From Scyliorhinus canicula (taxonomy: Eukaryota): a DNA stretch of 63,842 nucleotides. Each line of letters starts with the position of its first letter. Position 1 is the stretch's first letter. The translations under genes were made by a program, and so were the position numbers. The stretch lies in assembly GCF_902713615.1 (NCBI RefSeq), contig NC_052162.1:128922653-128986494 (forward strand), in the 5' to 3' direction. Of this stretch, positions 34,001-47,600 are shown in pieces. The notes beneath the pieces were generated by a model, which saw nothing but the letters and a program-made list of their open reading frames with translations, was not told where the DNA came from and searched no databases.

Positions 34001-37000
34001 ACACTAACTGGTGTCTCTCAGTCCCCTCTCTCTCAGGGAGATATCTGTAAACTGACTGGTGTCCCTCAGTCCCCTCTCTCTCAGGGAGATATCTGTACAC
34101 TAACTGGTGTCTCTCAGTCCCCTCTCTCTCAGGGAGATATCTGTACACTGACTGGTGTCTCTCAGTCCCCTCTCTCTCAGGGAGATATCTGTACACTGAC
34201 TGGTGTCTCTCAGTCCCCTCTCTCTCAGGGAGATATCTGTACACTGACTGGTGTCTCTCAATCCCCTCTCCTCAGGGAGATATCTGTACACTGACTGGTG
34301 TCTCTCAGTCCCCTCTCTCTCTCAGGGAGATATCTGTACACTGACTGGTGTCTCTCAGTCCCCTCTCTCTCAGGGAGATATCTGTACACTGACTGGTGTA
34401 TCTCAGTCCCCTCTCTCTCAGGGAGATATCTGTACACTGACTGGTGTATCTCAGTCCCCTCTCTCTCAGGGAGATATCTGTACACTGACTGGTGTCTCTC
34501 AGTCCCCTCTCTCTCAGGGAGATATCTGTACACTGACTGGTGTCTCTCAGTCCCCTCTCTCTCTCTCAGGGAGATATCTGTACACTGACTGGTGTCTCTC
34601 AGTCCCCCCTCTCTCAGGGAGATATCTGTACACTGACTGGTGTCTCTCAGTCCCCTCTCTCTCAGGGAGATATCTGTGCACTGACTGGTGTCTCTCAGTC
34701 CCCCCTCTCTCAGGGAGATATCTGTACACTGACTGGTGTCTCTCAGTTCCCTCTCTCTCAGGGAGATATCTGTACACTGACTGGTGTCTCTGTCCCCTCT
34801 CTCTCTCAGGGAGATATCTGTACACTGACTGGTGTCTCTCAGTCCCCTCTCTCTCAGGGATATATCTGTACACTGACTGGTGTCTCTCAGTCCCCTCTCT
34901 CTCAGGGAGATATCTGTACACTGACTGGTGTCTCTGTCCCCTCTCTCACTCAGGGAGATATCTGTACACTGACTGGTGTCTCTCAGTCCCCTCTCTCTCA
35001 GGGATATATCTGTACACTGACTGGTATCTCTCAGTCCCCTCTCTCTCAGGGAGATATCTGTACACTGACTGGTGTCTCTCAGTCCCCTCTCTCTCAGGGA
35101 GATATCTGTACACTGACTGGTGTCTCTCAGTCCCCTCTCTCTCAGGGAGATATCTGTACACTGACTGGTGTCTCTCAGTCCCCTCTCTCTCAGGGAGATA
35201 TCTGTACACTGACTGGTGTCTCTCAGTCCCCTCTCTCTCAGGGAGATATCTGTAAACTGACTGGTGTCCCTCAGTCCCCTCTGTCTCAGGGAGATATCTG
35301 TACACTAACTGGTGTCTCTCAGTCCCCTCTCTCTCAGGGAGATATCTGTACACTGACTGGTGTCTCTCAGTCCCCTCTCTCTCAGGGAGATATCTGTACA
35401 CTGACTGGTGTCTCTCAGTCCCCTCTCTCTCAGGGAGATATCTGTACACTGACTGGTGTCTCTCAGTCCCCTCTCTCTCAGGGAGCTATCTGTACCCTGA
35501 CTGGTGTCTCTCAGTCCCCTCTCCCTCGGGGAGATATCTGTACACTGACTGGTGTCTCTCAGTCCCCTCTCTCTCAGGGAGATATCTGTCCACTGACTGG
35601 TGTCTCTCAGACCCCTCTATCAGGGAGATATCTGTACACTGACTGGTGTCTCTCAGTCCCCCCTCTCTCTCTCAGGGAGATATCTGTACACTGACTGGTG
35701 TCTCTCAGTCCCCCTCTCTCTCTCAGGGAGATATCTGTACACTGACTGGTGTCTCTCAGTCCCCTCTCTCTCAGGGAGATATCTGTACACTGACTGGTGT
35801 CTCTCAGTCCCCTCTCTCTCTCAGGGAGATATCTGTAACTGACTGGTGTCTCTCAGTCCCCTCTCTCTCAGGGAGATATCTGTACACTGACTGGTGTCTC
35901 TCAGTCCCCTCTCTCTCTCAGGGAGATATCTGTACACTGACTGGTGTATCTCAGTCCCCTCTCTCTCAGGGAGATATCTGTACACTGACTGGTGTATCTC
36001 AGTCCCCTCTCTCTCAGGGAGATATCTGTACACTGACTGGTGTCTCTCAGTCCCCTCGCTCTCTCAGTGAGATATCTGTACACTGACTGGTGTCTCTCAG
36101 TCCCCTCTCTCTCAAGGAGATATCTGTACACTAACTGGTGTCTCTCAGTCCCCTCTCTCTCAGGGAGATATCTGTAAACTGACTGGTGTCCCTCAGTCCC
36201 CTCTGTCTCAGGGAGATATCTGTACACTAACTGGTGTCTCTCAGTCCCCTCTCTCTCAGGGAGATATCTGTACACTGACTGGTGTCTCTCAGTCCCCTCT
36301 CTCTCAGGGAGATATCTGTACACTGACTGGTGTCTCTCAGTCCCCTCTCTCTCAGGGAGATATCTGTACACTGACTGGTGTCTCTCAATCCCCTCTCCCT
36401 CAGGGAGATATCTGTACACTGACTGGTGTCTCTCAGTCCCCTCTCTCTCTCAGGGAGATATCTGTACACTGACTGGTGTCTCTCAGTCCCCTCTCTCTCA
36501 GGGAGATATCTGTACACTGACTGGTGTATCTCAGTCCCCTCTCTCTCAGGGAGATATCTGTACACTGACTGGTGTATCTCAGTCCCCTCTCTCTCAGGGA
36601 GATATCTGTACACTGACTGGTGTCTCTCAGTCCCCTCTCTCTCAGGGAGATATCTGTACACTGACTGGTGTCTCTCAGTCCCCTCTCTCTCTCTCTCAGG
36701 GAGATATCTGTACACTGACTGGTGTCTCTCAGTCCCCCCTCTCTCAGGGAGATATCTGTACACTGACTGGTGTCTCTCAGTCCCCTCTCTCTCAGGGAGA
36801 TATCTGTGCACTGACTGGTGTCTCTCAGTCCCCCCTCTCTCAGGGAGATATCTGTACACTGACTGGTGTCTCTCAGTTCCCTCTCTCTCAGGGAGATATC
36901 TGTACACTGACTGGTGTCTCTGTCCCCTCTCTCACTCAGGGAGATATCTGTACACTGACTGGTGTCTCTCAGTCCCCTCTCTCTCAGGGAGATATCTGTA

Positions 37001-38422
37001 CACTGACTGGTGTCTCTCAGTCCCCTCTCTCTCAGGGAGATATCTGTACACTGACTGGTGTCTCTGTCCCCTCTCTCACTCAGGGAGATATCTGTACACT
37101 GACTGGTGTCTCTCAGTCCCCTCTCTCTCAGGGATATATCTGTACACTGACTGGTATCTCTCAGTCCCCTCTCTCTCAGGGAGATATCTGTACACTGACT
37201 GGTGTCTCTCAGTCCCCTCTCTCTCAGGGAGATATCTGTACACTGACTGGTGTCTCTCAGTCCCCTCTCTCTCAGGGAGATATCTGTACACTGACTGGTG
37301 TCTCTCAGTCCCCTCTCTCTCAGGGAGATATCTGTACACTGACTGGTGTCTCTCAGTCCCCTCGCTCTCTCAGTGAGATATCTGTACACTGACTGGTGTC
37401 TCTCAGTCCCCTCTCTCTCAAGGGATCTGTACACTAACTGGTGTCTCTCAGTCCCCTCTCTCTCAGGGAGATATCTGTAAACTGACTGGTGTCCCTCAGT
37501 CCCCTCTGTCTCAGGGAGATATCTGTACACTAACTGGTGTCTCTCAGTCCCCTCTCTCTCAGGGAGATATCTGTACACTGACTGGTGTCTCTCAGTCCCC
37601 TCTCTCTCAGGGAGATATCTGTACACTGACTGGTGTCTCTCAGTCCCCTCTCTCTCAGGGAGATATCTGTACACTGACTGGTGTCTCTCAGTCCCCTCTC
37701 TCTCAGGGAGCTATCTGTACCCTGACTGGTGTCTCTCAGTCCCCTCTCCCTCGGGGAGATATCTGTACACTGACTGGTGTCTCTCAGTCCCCTCTCTCTC
37801 AGGGAGATATCTGTCCACTGACTGGTGTCTCTCAGACCCCTCTATCAGGGAGATATCTGTACACTGACTGGTGTCTCTCAGTCCCCCCTCTCTCTCTCAG
37901 GGAGATATCTGTACACTGACTGGTGTCTCTCAGTCCCCCCTCTCTCTCTCAGGGAGATATCTGTACACTGACTGGTGTCTCTCAGTCCCCTCTCTCTCAG
38001 GGAGATATCTGTACACTGACTGGTGTCTCTCAGTCCCCTCTCTCTCTCAGGGAGATATCTGTACACTGACTGGTGTCTCTCAGTCCCCTCTCTCTCTCAG
38101 GCAGATATCTGTACACTGACTGGTGTCTCTCAGTCCCCTCTCTCTCAGGGAGATATCTGTACACTGACTGGTGTCTCTCAGTCCCTCTCTCTCTCAGGGA
38201 GATATCTGTACACTGACTGGTGTCTCTCAGTCCCCTCTCTCTCAGGGAGATATCTGTACACTGACTGGTGTCTCTCAGTCCCCTCTCTCTCAGGGAGATA
38301 TCTGTACACTGACTGGTGTCTCTCAGTCCCCTCTCTCTCAGGGAGATATCTGTACACTGACTTGTGTCTCTCAGTCCCCTCTCTCTCAGGGAGATATCTG
38401 TACACTGACTGGTGTCTCTCAG
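31081..38422. repeat. 48/50-bp minisatellite (>=7.3 kb)
   Basis: Unit AGATATCTGTACACTGACTGGTGTCTCTCAGTCCCCTCTCTCTC(TC)AGGG. Confidence 0.98.
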
Positions 38423-39309
38423 CCCACCCGGACTTTGCCCCCAAGCCCCCCCCCCCCCCCCCCCTCCCCAGCCTCTATCCCTCCTCGAGCTTTGATCGCC
38501 CCCGATAATGCAGGCAGAGAGGGCTAACCTTGCTCAGTGCACTCCTCAGGGTCCCGTGCCAGGAATGCCCTCCCCCCGGCCCCTGAGCCCTCTGCCCTCT
38601 CTCGGCTTGCTGACGCTTATCGGGCCGGGTTGAGTTCCTTACCCCCTGCGTCACTCCCTCACTCGAACCGCACGCACACACACAGACACACACACCCTCC
38701 TGTTCCACCCCCACAGACAGTGCTGAGCCGCCCTCTCCGGGGAAACCATCTCCCACTGGTACAAACAAATGAGGTCACCTTCAGTCGGTCGGCCGTGTGC
38801 GCGCACGCATGTGTGTGTTGTGTCTGTGATTCCAGCTGGGTGCACAGTCCCTGAAGGCAGGTGAAGTCAGTGCACAGTGTGTCGGGGGAGTCCCGTGGGA
38901 GGACCAGAGGAAGTGAGAGAGAGAGTGTGACAGGACACGGCGAGGGAGGGAGCTGCAGATTTGGTGAGAGAAAGGGGGGGGGGGGAGAGTCCTGAGAAAG
39001 AGGGATAAGGAGGGGGGCGGAGGGAAAGAGCGTGGGTGGGGGAGAGGACGATGGAGAGAGAGAATAGACTGGGTGAGAGACAGGAGACAGATCGAGAGAG
39101 AGGCAGAAGGAATCTGTGGGCGAGAGAGAGAGAGAGATGGTGTTGGGGGAGAGGAAATGGAGTGGGTGAAGGAGAGAGAGGAAAAGGAGAGAGGAAATTG
39201 GGTAAGAGACAGGAGACGGTCGAGAGAGGGAGGAAACTGCGGGAGATATAAGGGCTGGGGGGGGGGGGCTGGAGTGGGTGAGGGAGAGGAAGAGAGAGAG
39301 AGAGACAAA

Positions 39310-39961
39310 GGGCACGATTCTCCGAGCCTCACGCCTGGCCGGAGAATTGCCGCAACCATGCCGCCCCAACGCGATTCTCCGAGGAGCAGAGGCGGCAATT
39401 GCGCCGGCGCGTTTGACGCGGCGCTGGTCGCGGGCCGCTGTACGCGGCGGGGTCGCCGATTCTCCGGCATGGTTGGGCCGAGCGGCCGCGCGGGAAAAGC
39501 AGAGTCCCGCCGGCGCCATCCACACCTGGTCACTGTCGGCGGGAACTCTCCGCGAAGGGTTCGGGGGGCGGCCTGTGGGGGGGGGGGGGGGGGGGGCTCT
39601 GTCCCCGGGGGGGCCTCCGATGGGGTCTGGTCCACGAACAGTGCCCACCGATCGGCGGTCAGGCCTCTCCCCACCCCCCGGGCCTATTGTTGCTTGGCTG
39701 GCCCCTGAACCCCCACGCCATGTGGCGGCGGAGCCGGCACGCTGAAGAAGTCCCCTGCGCATGTGCAGATTGGCCATTCCCAACTGCGCATGCGCAGATC
39801 GGCGTGGCGCCCATTTGGTGCCGGGGAGGCTGGAGCGGTGTGAACCACCCCAGCGTGTGCTGGCCCCCTGTGGGGCACAGAATCGGTCATCTCCGCGCCC
39901 GTTCCACGACGGCGTTCACGACGGCGTTCACACTTCGTCTCCATTTTGGAGAATCGCGCCC
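39310..39961. mobile_element. GC-rich TIR-bounded non-autonomous element (MITE-like), copy 1
   Basis: TIR GGGCACGATTCTCC / GGAGAATCGCGCCC; internal blocks shared with the other copies. Confidence 0.8.
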
Positions 39962-40744
39962 AGAGAGAGGGAGGAAAGAGAGAGAGAGAGAGAGAGCGGA
40001 GACTTGGTGAGAGACAGGAGGCAGACCGAGAGAGGGACAAGGGGGGAGAGAGAGAGAAGAGAGAGGGGAGACATCGTAAGAGGAGAACGGAGGCAGACCT
40101 AGAGGTGGGGAACGGGACTTTGGGAGAAAGAAGGAAAGGGAGCAGAGGGGGTGGGGAAGAGAGAGAGAGAGAGAGGAGGCAGGCTGAGAGGTAGAGCGAG
40201 AAGGGGGGAAGCAGAGAGGCTGGGGATGAGGGAGGGAGGGCAGAAAGAGAGGAAACTGAGAAAGAGAGAGGGAGAGTGGGCAGGGAGAGAGGGTGAAGGA
40301 AATGGTGGGGTGGAGAGAGAGGGAGAACGAAGGGGAGTGGGGAGGGAGAGAGGGAGGAGGAGGAAGACTGTGTGGGAAAAAGCGAAAGGGAGATAGGAGA
40401 GAGGGAGAGGAGGAATTCCGAGAGAGAGAAGATTGTGTGTGAGAGAGAAAGAGAGAGAGAGAGAGACGAGGGGAAAGTGAGAGAGAAAGAGGAAGGGATA
40501 CTGAGAGATGGGGGAGCATGAAAGGACAGTGCGAGAGAGGAGGGGGGGGGGGGGGAGTGTGTGAGAGACAGGAGAGTGTGGGAGTGAGGGGTCTGCATGG
40601 GGGAAAAGGCAGTGCATGAGGGAGCATTTCAAACCTCTGCTATCCTCTGTGCACAGAAACATTTAGGCATTAGGCCTTCAGACCCTGCCCCCCCCCCCCC
40701 CCCACCCTGCCTTCCCCAGGCAGAGGGGGAAGACACCCACAGTG

Positions 40745-41560
40745 CTGTCAGGGAGGGAGGGCCAGGATTGTGACCCAGCGACAGTGAAGGAACGGCCGAT
40801 ATATTTCCCAGTCAGGATGGTGAGTGTGGGGCTCGGAGGGGGGGAACTTGCAGGTGGTGGAGTTCCCCATGTGTCTGCTGCCCCCTTGTCCTTCTAGATC
40901 AGGGGTGGGCAAACTACGGCCCGCGGGCCGCATGCGGCCCGCCAAAGGTATTTCTGCGGCCCACCAAGTCATTAAAAAAAAAAAAAAAAATTTTTTAAAA
41001 AAAAATTTTTTTTTTTTTTTTTTTTTAAATTTTTTTTTAAAGGTTAATGGGTGGGGGGGGGCTGTTGGGTTACTTACTGGTATAGGGTGGATACGTTGAC
41101 TTGAGTAGGGTGATCATTGCTTGGCACAACGTCGAGGGCCGAAGGGCCTGTTCTGTGCTGTACTGTTCTATGTTCTATATGAGGCGCCCAGAATCATAAC
41201 CGGGTGAAGTAATTATTTTACTTAATATACTATGCGGCCCTTTGTGAATTGTGAATTTCTGAATGCGGCCCTTGCACGCAAAAGTTTGCCCACCCCTGTT
41301 CTAGATGGTAGAGGTGGTGGGTTTGGAAGGTGCTGTCGAAGGAGCCTTGGTGAGTCGGTGCGGTGCATCTTGTAGATGGTACACACACTGCTGCCGCTGT
41401 GCGTCGGTGGTGGAGTGCGTGAATGTTTGTGGATGGGGTGCCGATCAAAGCGGGGCTGCTTTGTCCTGGATGGTGTCGAGCTTCTCGAGTGTTGTCGGAG
41501 CCGCACTCATCCAGGCAAGTGGAGAGCATCCCAGCACACTCCTGACTTGTGCCTTGTAGA
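40745..41560 (-). mobile_element. CR1/L2-superfamily LINE 3' fragment interrupted by a hAT MITE
   Basis: LIGTPSTNIHALHHRR / VCTIYKMH...SPRLLRQHLPNP; HHPDWEIYRPFLHCRWV. Confidence 0.75.
40900..41298. mobile_element. hAT (Charlie/MER58-like) MITE with 8-bp TSD TTCTAGAT, carrying an internal SINE tail
   Basis: 16-bp perfect TIR CAGGGGTGGGCAAACT; TSD at 40892-40899 and 41299-41306 fits the NTCTAGAN Charlie target; GCGGCCC subterminal motifs. Confidence 0.93.
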
Positions 41561-42182
41561 TGTAGGTAGGATGTAGGGTCCCAGTTCTCCGGATAATACA
41601 TTGGAAGCAGATCCGGCTCAATACCAGGAATGGGTGGGATGTCTTGTCAGGAAAGAGTGGGACAGGCCGGGTTTGTATCCGCTGCAGTTGCGAAGTGGAA
41701 GAGGCGAGTTTAGGTTGCGTGGAAGGGAGGGGGGGTGGGGGGGGGGGGGTCAGGGTTCGTGTGCGGGCATCGCAACCAGCAGGGGGAAGCTAATTTCTGG
41801 ACCCCGGGCGGGAAGCCCCTCCCTTGGGCAGCTTTCGGCTGAAGCAAAGGTCGTGATGGTGGAGCTGGGAGCCGAAGCCCCACGCGGCCGAATGTCCTGA
41901 GCTGGTGCGGGCAGGCACAGGCGCCGGAGACAGGGCTCAAAAGGTACCAGCAGGCTCTCACCACGGCCTGAACCTGTCACCCGGCAACGGAGGCGGGGCC
42001 TTCAAGCAGGGAGGGCCAGGGTAAACACATTACTTGACAATGATTTGTGTCGCCCTTATCAGCCGGGGCCAGACACAGAGCACAATAAGGAAACTATTTA
42101 CAGCCCCACACAAACATCCTTGTGTTCAACGTGCAGCTATTCCATGTCATAGGCAGCTCAGTGTCTCAGTATTCCCATCACT

Positions 42183-44299
42183 ATTCCCATCAAACACTCC
42201 CAGGACAGGTACAGCACGGGGTTAGATACAGAGTAAAGCTCCCTCTACACTGTCCCCATCAAACACTCCCAGGACAGGTACAGCACGGGGTTAGATACAG
42301 AGTAAGGCTCTCTCTACACTGTCCCCATCAAACACTCCCAGGACAGGTACAGCACGGAGTTAGATACAGAGTAAAGCTCCCTCTACACTGTCCCCATCAA
42401 ACACTCCCAGGACAGGTACAGCACGAGGTTAGATACAGAGTAAAGCTCCCTCTACATTGTCCCCATCAAACACTCCTAGGACAGGTACAGCATGAGGTTA
42501 GATACAGAGTAAAGCTCCCTCTACACTGTCCCCATCAAACACTCCCAGGACAGGTACAGCACGGGGTTAGATACAGAGTAATGCTCCCTCTCCACTGTCC
42601 CCATCAAACACTCCCAGGACAGGTACAGCACATGGTTAGATACAGGGTAAAGCTCCCGCTATACTATCCGCCATCAAACACTCCCAGGAAAGGTACAGCA
42701 CGGGGTTAGATACAGAGTAAAGCTCCCTCTACACTGTCCCCATCAAACACTCCCAGGACAGGTACAGCACGGGGTTAGATACAGAGTAAAGCCCCCTCTA
42801 CACTGTCCCCATCAAACACTCCCAGGACAGGGAAAGCACGGGGTTAGATACAGAGTAAAGCTCCATCTACACTGTCCCCATCAAACACTCCTAGGACAGG
42901 TACAGCATGAGGTTAGATACAGAGTAAAGCTCCCTCTACACTGTCCCCATCAAACACTCCCAGGACAGGTACAGCATGGGGTTAGATACAGAGTAATGCC
43001 CCCTCTCCACTGTCCCCATCAAACACTCCCAGGACAGGTACAGCACATGGTTAGATACAGGGTAAAGCTCCCGCTACACTATCCGCCATCAAACACTCCC
43101 AGGAAAGGTACAGCACGGGGTTAGATACAGAGTGAAGCTCCCTCTACACTGTCCCCATCAAACACTCCCAGGACAGGTACAGCACGGGGTTTGATACAGA
43201 GTAAAGCTCCCTCTACACTGTCTCCATCAAACACTCCCAGGACAGGTACAGCACGGGGTTAGATACAGAGTAAAGCTCCCTCTACACTGTCTCCATCAAA
43301 CACTCCCAGGACAGGTACAGCACGGGGTTAGATACAGAGTAAAGCTCCCTCTACACTGTCCCCATCAAACACTCCCAGGACAGGGACAGCACGGGGTTAG
43401 ATACAGAGTAAAGCTCCATCTACACTGTCCCCATCAAACACTCCCAGGACAGGTACAGCACGGGGTTGGATACAGAGTAAAGCTCCCTCTACACTGTCCC
43501 CATCAAACACTCCCAGGGCAGGTACAGCACGGGGTTAGATACAGAATAAAGCTCCCTCTACACTGTCCCCATTAAACACTCCCAGGGCAGGGACAGCACG
43601 GGGTTAGATACAGAGTAAAGCTCCCTCTACACTGTCTCCATCAAACACTCCCAGGACAGATACAGCACGGGGTTAGATACAGATTAAATCTTCCTCAACA
43701 CTGTCCCCATCTAACACTCCCAGGACAGGTACAGCACGGGGTTAGATACAGAGTAAAGCTCCCTCTACACTGTCTCCATCAAACACTCCCAGGACAGGTA
43801 CAGCACGGGGTTAGATACAGGTTAAATCTTCCTCAACACTGTCCCCATCTAACACTCCCAGGACAGGTACAGCACGGGGTTAGATACAGAGTAAAGCTCC
43901 CTCTACACTGTCTCCATCAAACACTCCCAGGAAAGGTACAGCACGGGGTTAGATACAGAGTAAAGCTCCCTCTACACTGTCCCCATCAAACACTCCCAGG
44001 ACAGGGAAAGCACGGGGTTAGATACAGAGTAAAGCTCCATCTACACTGTCCCCATCAAACACTCCTAGGACAGGTACAGCATGAGGTTAGATACAGAGTA
44101 AAGCTCCCTCTACACTGTCCCCATCAAACACTCCCAGGACAGGGACAGCACAGGGTTAGATACAGAGTGAAGCTCCCTCTACACTGTCCCCATCAAACAC
44201 TCCCAGGACAGGTACAGCACGGGGTTAGATACAGAGTAAAGCTCCCTCTACACTGTCCCCATCAAACACTCCCAGGACAGGGACAGCACGGGGTTAGAT
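42183..44299 (+). repeat. 69-bp satellite, array 1
   Basis: Unit CACTGTCCCCATCAAACACTCCCAGGACAGGTACAGCACGGGGTTAGATACAGAGTAAAGCTCCCTCTA. Confidence 0.98.
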
Positions 44300-45065
44300 G
44301 TCAAAGGTGAAATGTCCACTGACCTCCCCAAGCGAATGCTCGATCCGAGAGAGGAGCCCTTTTGCCTGCTCGCTCCCTTGAGCTGGTTATTTGAGCTCTG
44401 CCTGTCAGCCCTGAATATTGTTTGAACTCACAGGAACTCTCTCAGAACAGCTTGTTTCTTTTTTTGGCGTAAACAACAAGCTGGAGCCTGTTTGGGTCAG
44501 GTTGATTGAAACTTAAGGAGGGCTGCTGGTCCCAGCTGAACACACAGACCCAGCGCTTGTGCCAGCTGGAGCTGTCTCTGGGGGGGGGGGGGGGGGGGGG
44601 GCGGGGGGGGGAGCTGCGTGGTGGCCCAGGAACCTCTCCGCCTCCCTCCACCACTTTTCCCCCTCTCCTTGGGCACGTCGGTTGTCACGGAAACTGGTTT
44701 CCCTGGATTCAGAGGGCCCCTTGATATGGCTCACGCAAGCCGGGATGGGAGAGTGGGGGGGGGAGAGAGTGAGAGAGAGGCACATGTTGGTGGAGGGGGG
44801 GAACGAGAAAGGGGAAGAGAGAGAGTGAGAGAGACGCACATGTAGAGAGTGGGGGGAGGGGGGGGAGCGAGAAAGGGGAAGAGAGAGAGTGAGAGAGACG
44901 CACATGTAGAGAGCGGGGGGAGGGGGGGGGGGAGCGAGGATAATAGAGACCTACGCAGGGAGAGGAGAGGAACTTACAGGGTGTGGAGGGAGGGTGGGAG
45001 ACAGGGGAGGGCGAGGGAAAGACACACCTGAGGAGAGTGGGGGAAGAGAGAGAAAGAGAAACGTA

Positions 45066-45574
45066 GGGCGTGATTATCCAATCCGCGGCAGAGTGTCCGT
45101 GGCCGCTCCCACGACTAATTCTGGCCCCTCCAGGGGGCTAGCACGGCGCTGGAGCGGTTCGCGTTGCTCCAGCTGCAGATCCCGCCGCCAAAAAGGACAT
45201 GCGCAGAGGAGCCGGCGCCAACGCGCACATGCGCAGTTGTTTCCTTCAACGCGCCGGCCACAACGCAACATGGCGCAGGGCCACAGGGGCCAGCGCGTAG
45301 GAAAGGAGGCCCCGAGCCACAGAGGCCGGCCCGCCGATTGGTGGGCCCCAATCACAGGCCAGGCCGCATCGGAGGTGTTCTCCCCCCCCCCCTCCCCCCG
45401 GGGTCGGACCTCCCACCCATCCCCAAAGGCCACCACCCGACCCTGACACGCCGAGGCCAACCGCGCCGGCGCCAATGGCGCCGATTGTCCGCCCTGTGGA
45501 GAATCGCGTGCTGGCTTCGGGGCGGCCTGGTGCGATTCGTGCGGCTCGCCGGCGATGGTCGGAGAATCCCGCCC
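45066..45574. mobile_element. GC-rich TIR element, copy 2 (opposite orientation to copies 1 and 4)
   Basis: GGGCGTGATTATCC ... GGAGAATCCCGCCC. Confidence 0.78.
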
Positions 45575-46419
45575 CAAAGTGAGAGATAAAAATAGGGTGG
45601 CAGAGAGGATGAGAGAGAAGAGGGAGCGAGAGACCGGACACATACAGGGACAGGGAGTGAGAAAGAAACATCTGGAGGGAAAGAGAGAAATGGAGAGAGA
45701 CACATGCGGAAAAGATAGGAAGGAAAAGATACAGCGAAAGAGAGATGAAGAGGGAGCGAGGGGCAGGGAGCGATAGATAGGAGAGAGTTAAGGAGACTGA
45801 GAGAGAGAGAGGCAGAGATTGAGGAAGACAAAGAGAGAGAGAGAGAGAGAAAGGGATGGGGAGTGAGAGTGTGAGAGAGAGAAACAGACAGAGAGGTAGA
45901 GAGGGCGAGGTGGACCAGGAGAGGGACAGAGATGGGGAGAGAATGAGAGAGAGAGAAACTGGAACAGAGAAAGAGGAAGAGAGAGAGAGAGAGGTAGCAA
46001 GAGAGAGGGAGAGAGAAATAAAAAGGTAGGGAGAGCGAGGGGAAACCAGGGAGAGATGGGGAAATGGGATGAAGGAGAAATGGAGAGAGATAGGGAATGA
46101 GTGTGACAGGGTGAGAGAGAGAGAGATGCGGAGAAAGCTTTGGAGAGAGAGATGGAGAAAAAGATTCAGAGAGAGAGATGGGAAGAAAGATTCAAGAAGA
46201 GAGAGAGAGATGCCATCACCCCATGGTCTCTCTTGTCCATCAGGCCCACCTCCCCCTCCCTCAGTCCAGAAGACCACAAGAACCAGTCGTGGGGCGGCAG
46301 GCCACTCGGCCCCTCGCGCCTCGCAGCTCATCTGATCGAACAAGGCCTCAACCCCACTCTGCTGCTGTCCATCCCCCCCCCCCCCCAACCCATCCCTTCC
46401 CCTCCCTCAACCCCCGACC

Positions 46420-46905
46420 CCCTCCTCGATCAGAACTCTCTCTAACTCGGGCCTTGAATATATTCGGTGACCCGCAGCCTCCGCTGCTTCTCTGGGGGAG
46501 AGGATTCCACAGACCTGACCTCCCTCTGAGAGAAGAAATTCCTCCTCGTCCCCGTCTTCGATGGGAGACCCCCTCATTTTCAAACCGTGCCCCCCCCCAC
46601 CTCCTCCGCCCCCAGTTCTAGATTCCCCCCCGAGGGGGGAAACATCCTCTCAGCATCCACCCTGTCAAACCCCCCCCCCTCAGAATCTGATCCGTTTCAA
46701 TAAGATCTCCTCTGGTTCTTTCTAAACTCCAATGGGTACAGGCCCCGACCGGCTCAACCTTTCCTCATCGGACAAACCCCCCTTCATCCCGGGAATCGGC
46801 CCCCGTGAACCTTCTCTGAACGGCCTCCGATGCCGGTACGTCCCTCCTCGGGCAAGGGTACCAAACCCAGTTACTCCGGGTGTGGCCTCACCAAGGCCCC
46901 GTACT
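46420..46905 (-). mobile_element. CR1 LINE fragment
   Basis: GPIPGMKGGLSDEERLSRSG; inverted relative of 7045-7230. Confidence 0.8.
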
Positions 46906-47179
46906 GTTGGAGCCACACTTCAACAACCTTGATACCGGGTAGGAGGCCACCATTGGCACCGGCATAAGGACCCAAAGATCTGCAGAGGTGAGGTAGGCCA
47001 AAGGAGAGGCCTGCAGGTTCGTGCACTTACAGCGCGGAAAGAGGTCACTCGGCCCATCGTGTCTGTGCCGGCCATCTATAGCCCTCATCTATTCACCTAG
47101 TGCCCGTGGTGCCCACCGGGTACCGATGATGCCGGTAAAGGCATCCCTCTCTAAGGGTGTCCGGTCGCGACCAGATAGG

Positions 47180-47600
47180 TGTCTCAATATTCACCCATGC
47201 ACATCATGTGGTAAAAGCGGGCAGTGACAGACACCCAGGTGAGCCAATCAACATACGGGACAGAACACAACCAATCACAAGTCAGAACACCAAGGGGGCC
47301 TTCCAACTATAAAGCACACGAGGCATCAGCACTCTGCCCCTTTCCACTGGTGATATCTGTAGTGACAGTCAGGGTGTACAAATCATTCAACACCTTCTAC
47401 ACGTGGCTCAGAGCTAGCCTGGTCTAGATAGTTAGAGTTAGTTTGCTGAGAGGAATAGAGAGTCAACCCACAGGTAGCTGTGTGTTTCGTTACTGGAGTT
47501 CAATAAACCTTATTGAACCAACGCCTAGGTTTGGTGTCTGCTTTATCATTTAACTGCATCGTGTTGTGGTCCGTGTTACCCCAGGGTGAACAACACGACA
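47180..47600 (+). mobile_element. Solo LTR (421 bp), 5-bp TSD ATAGG
   Basis: TGTC...GACA ends; ATAGG at 47175-47179 and 47601-47605; internal TATAAA and AATAAA. Confidence 0.88.

Noticed and set aside
31081-38422. CRISPR-like array
   Set aside because: Contiguous tandem units with no unique spacers and no cas genes, in a vertebrate context.
38779-38850. Minus-strand 72-nt exon with a good branch point and acceptor
   Set aside because: Weak donor (GTGACC), half the sequence is a CA/CG microsatellite, and the peptide is unrecognisable.
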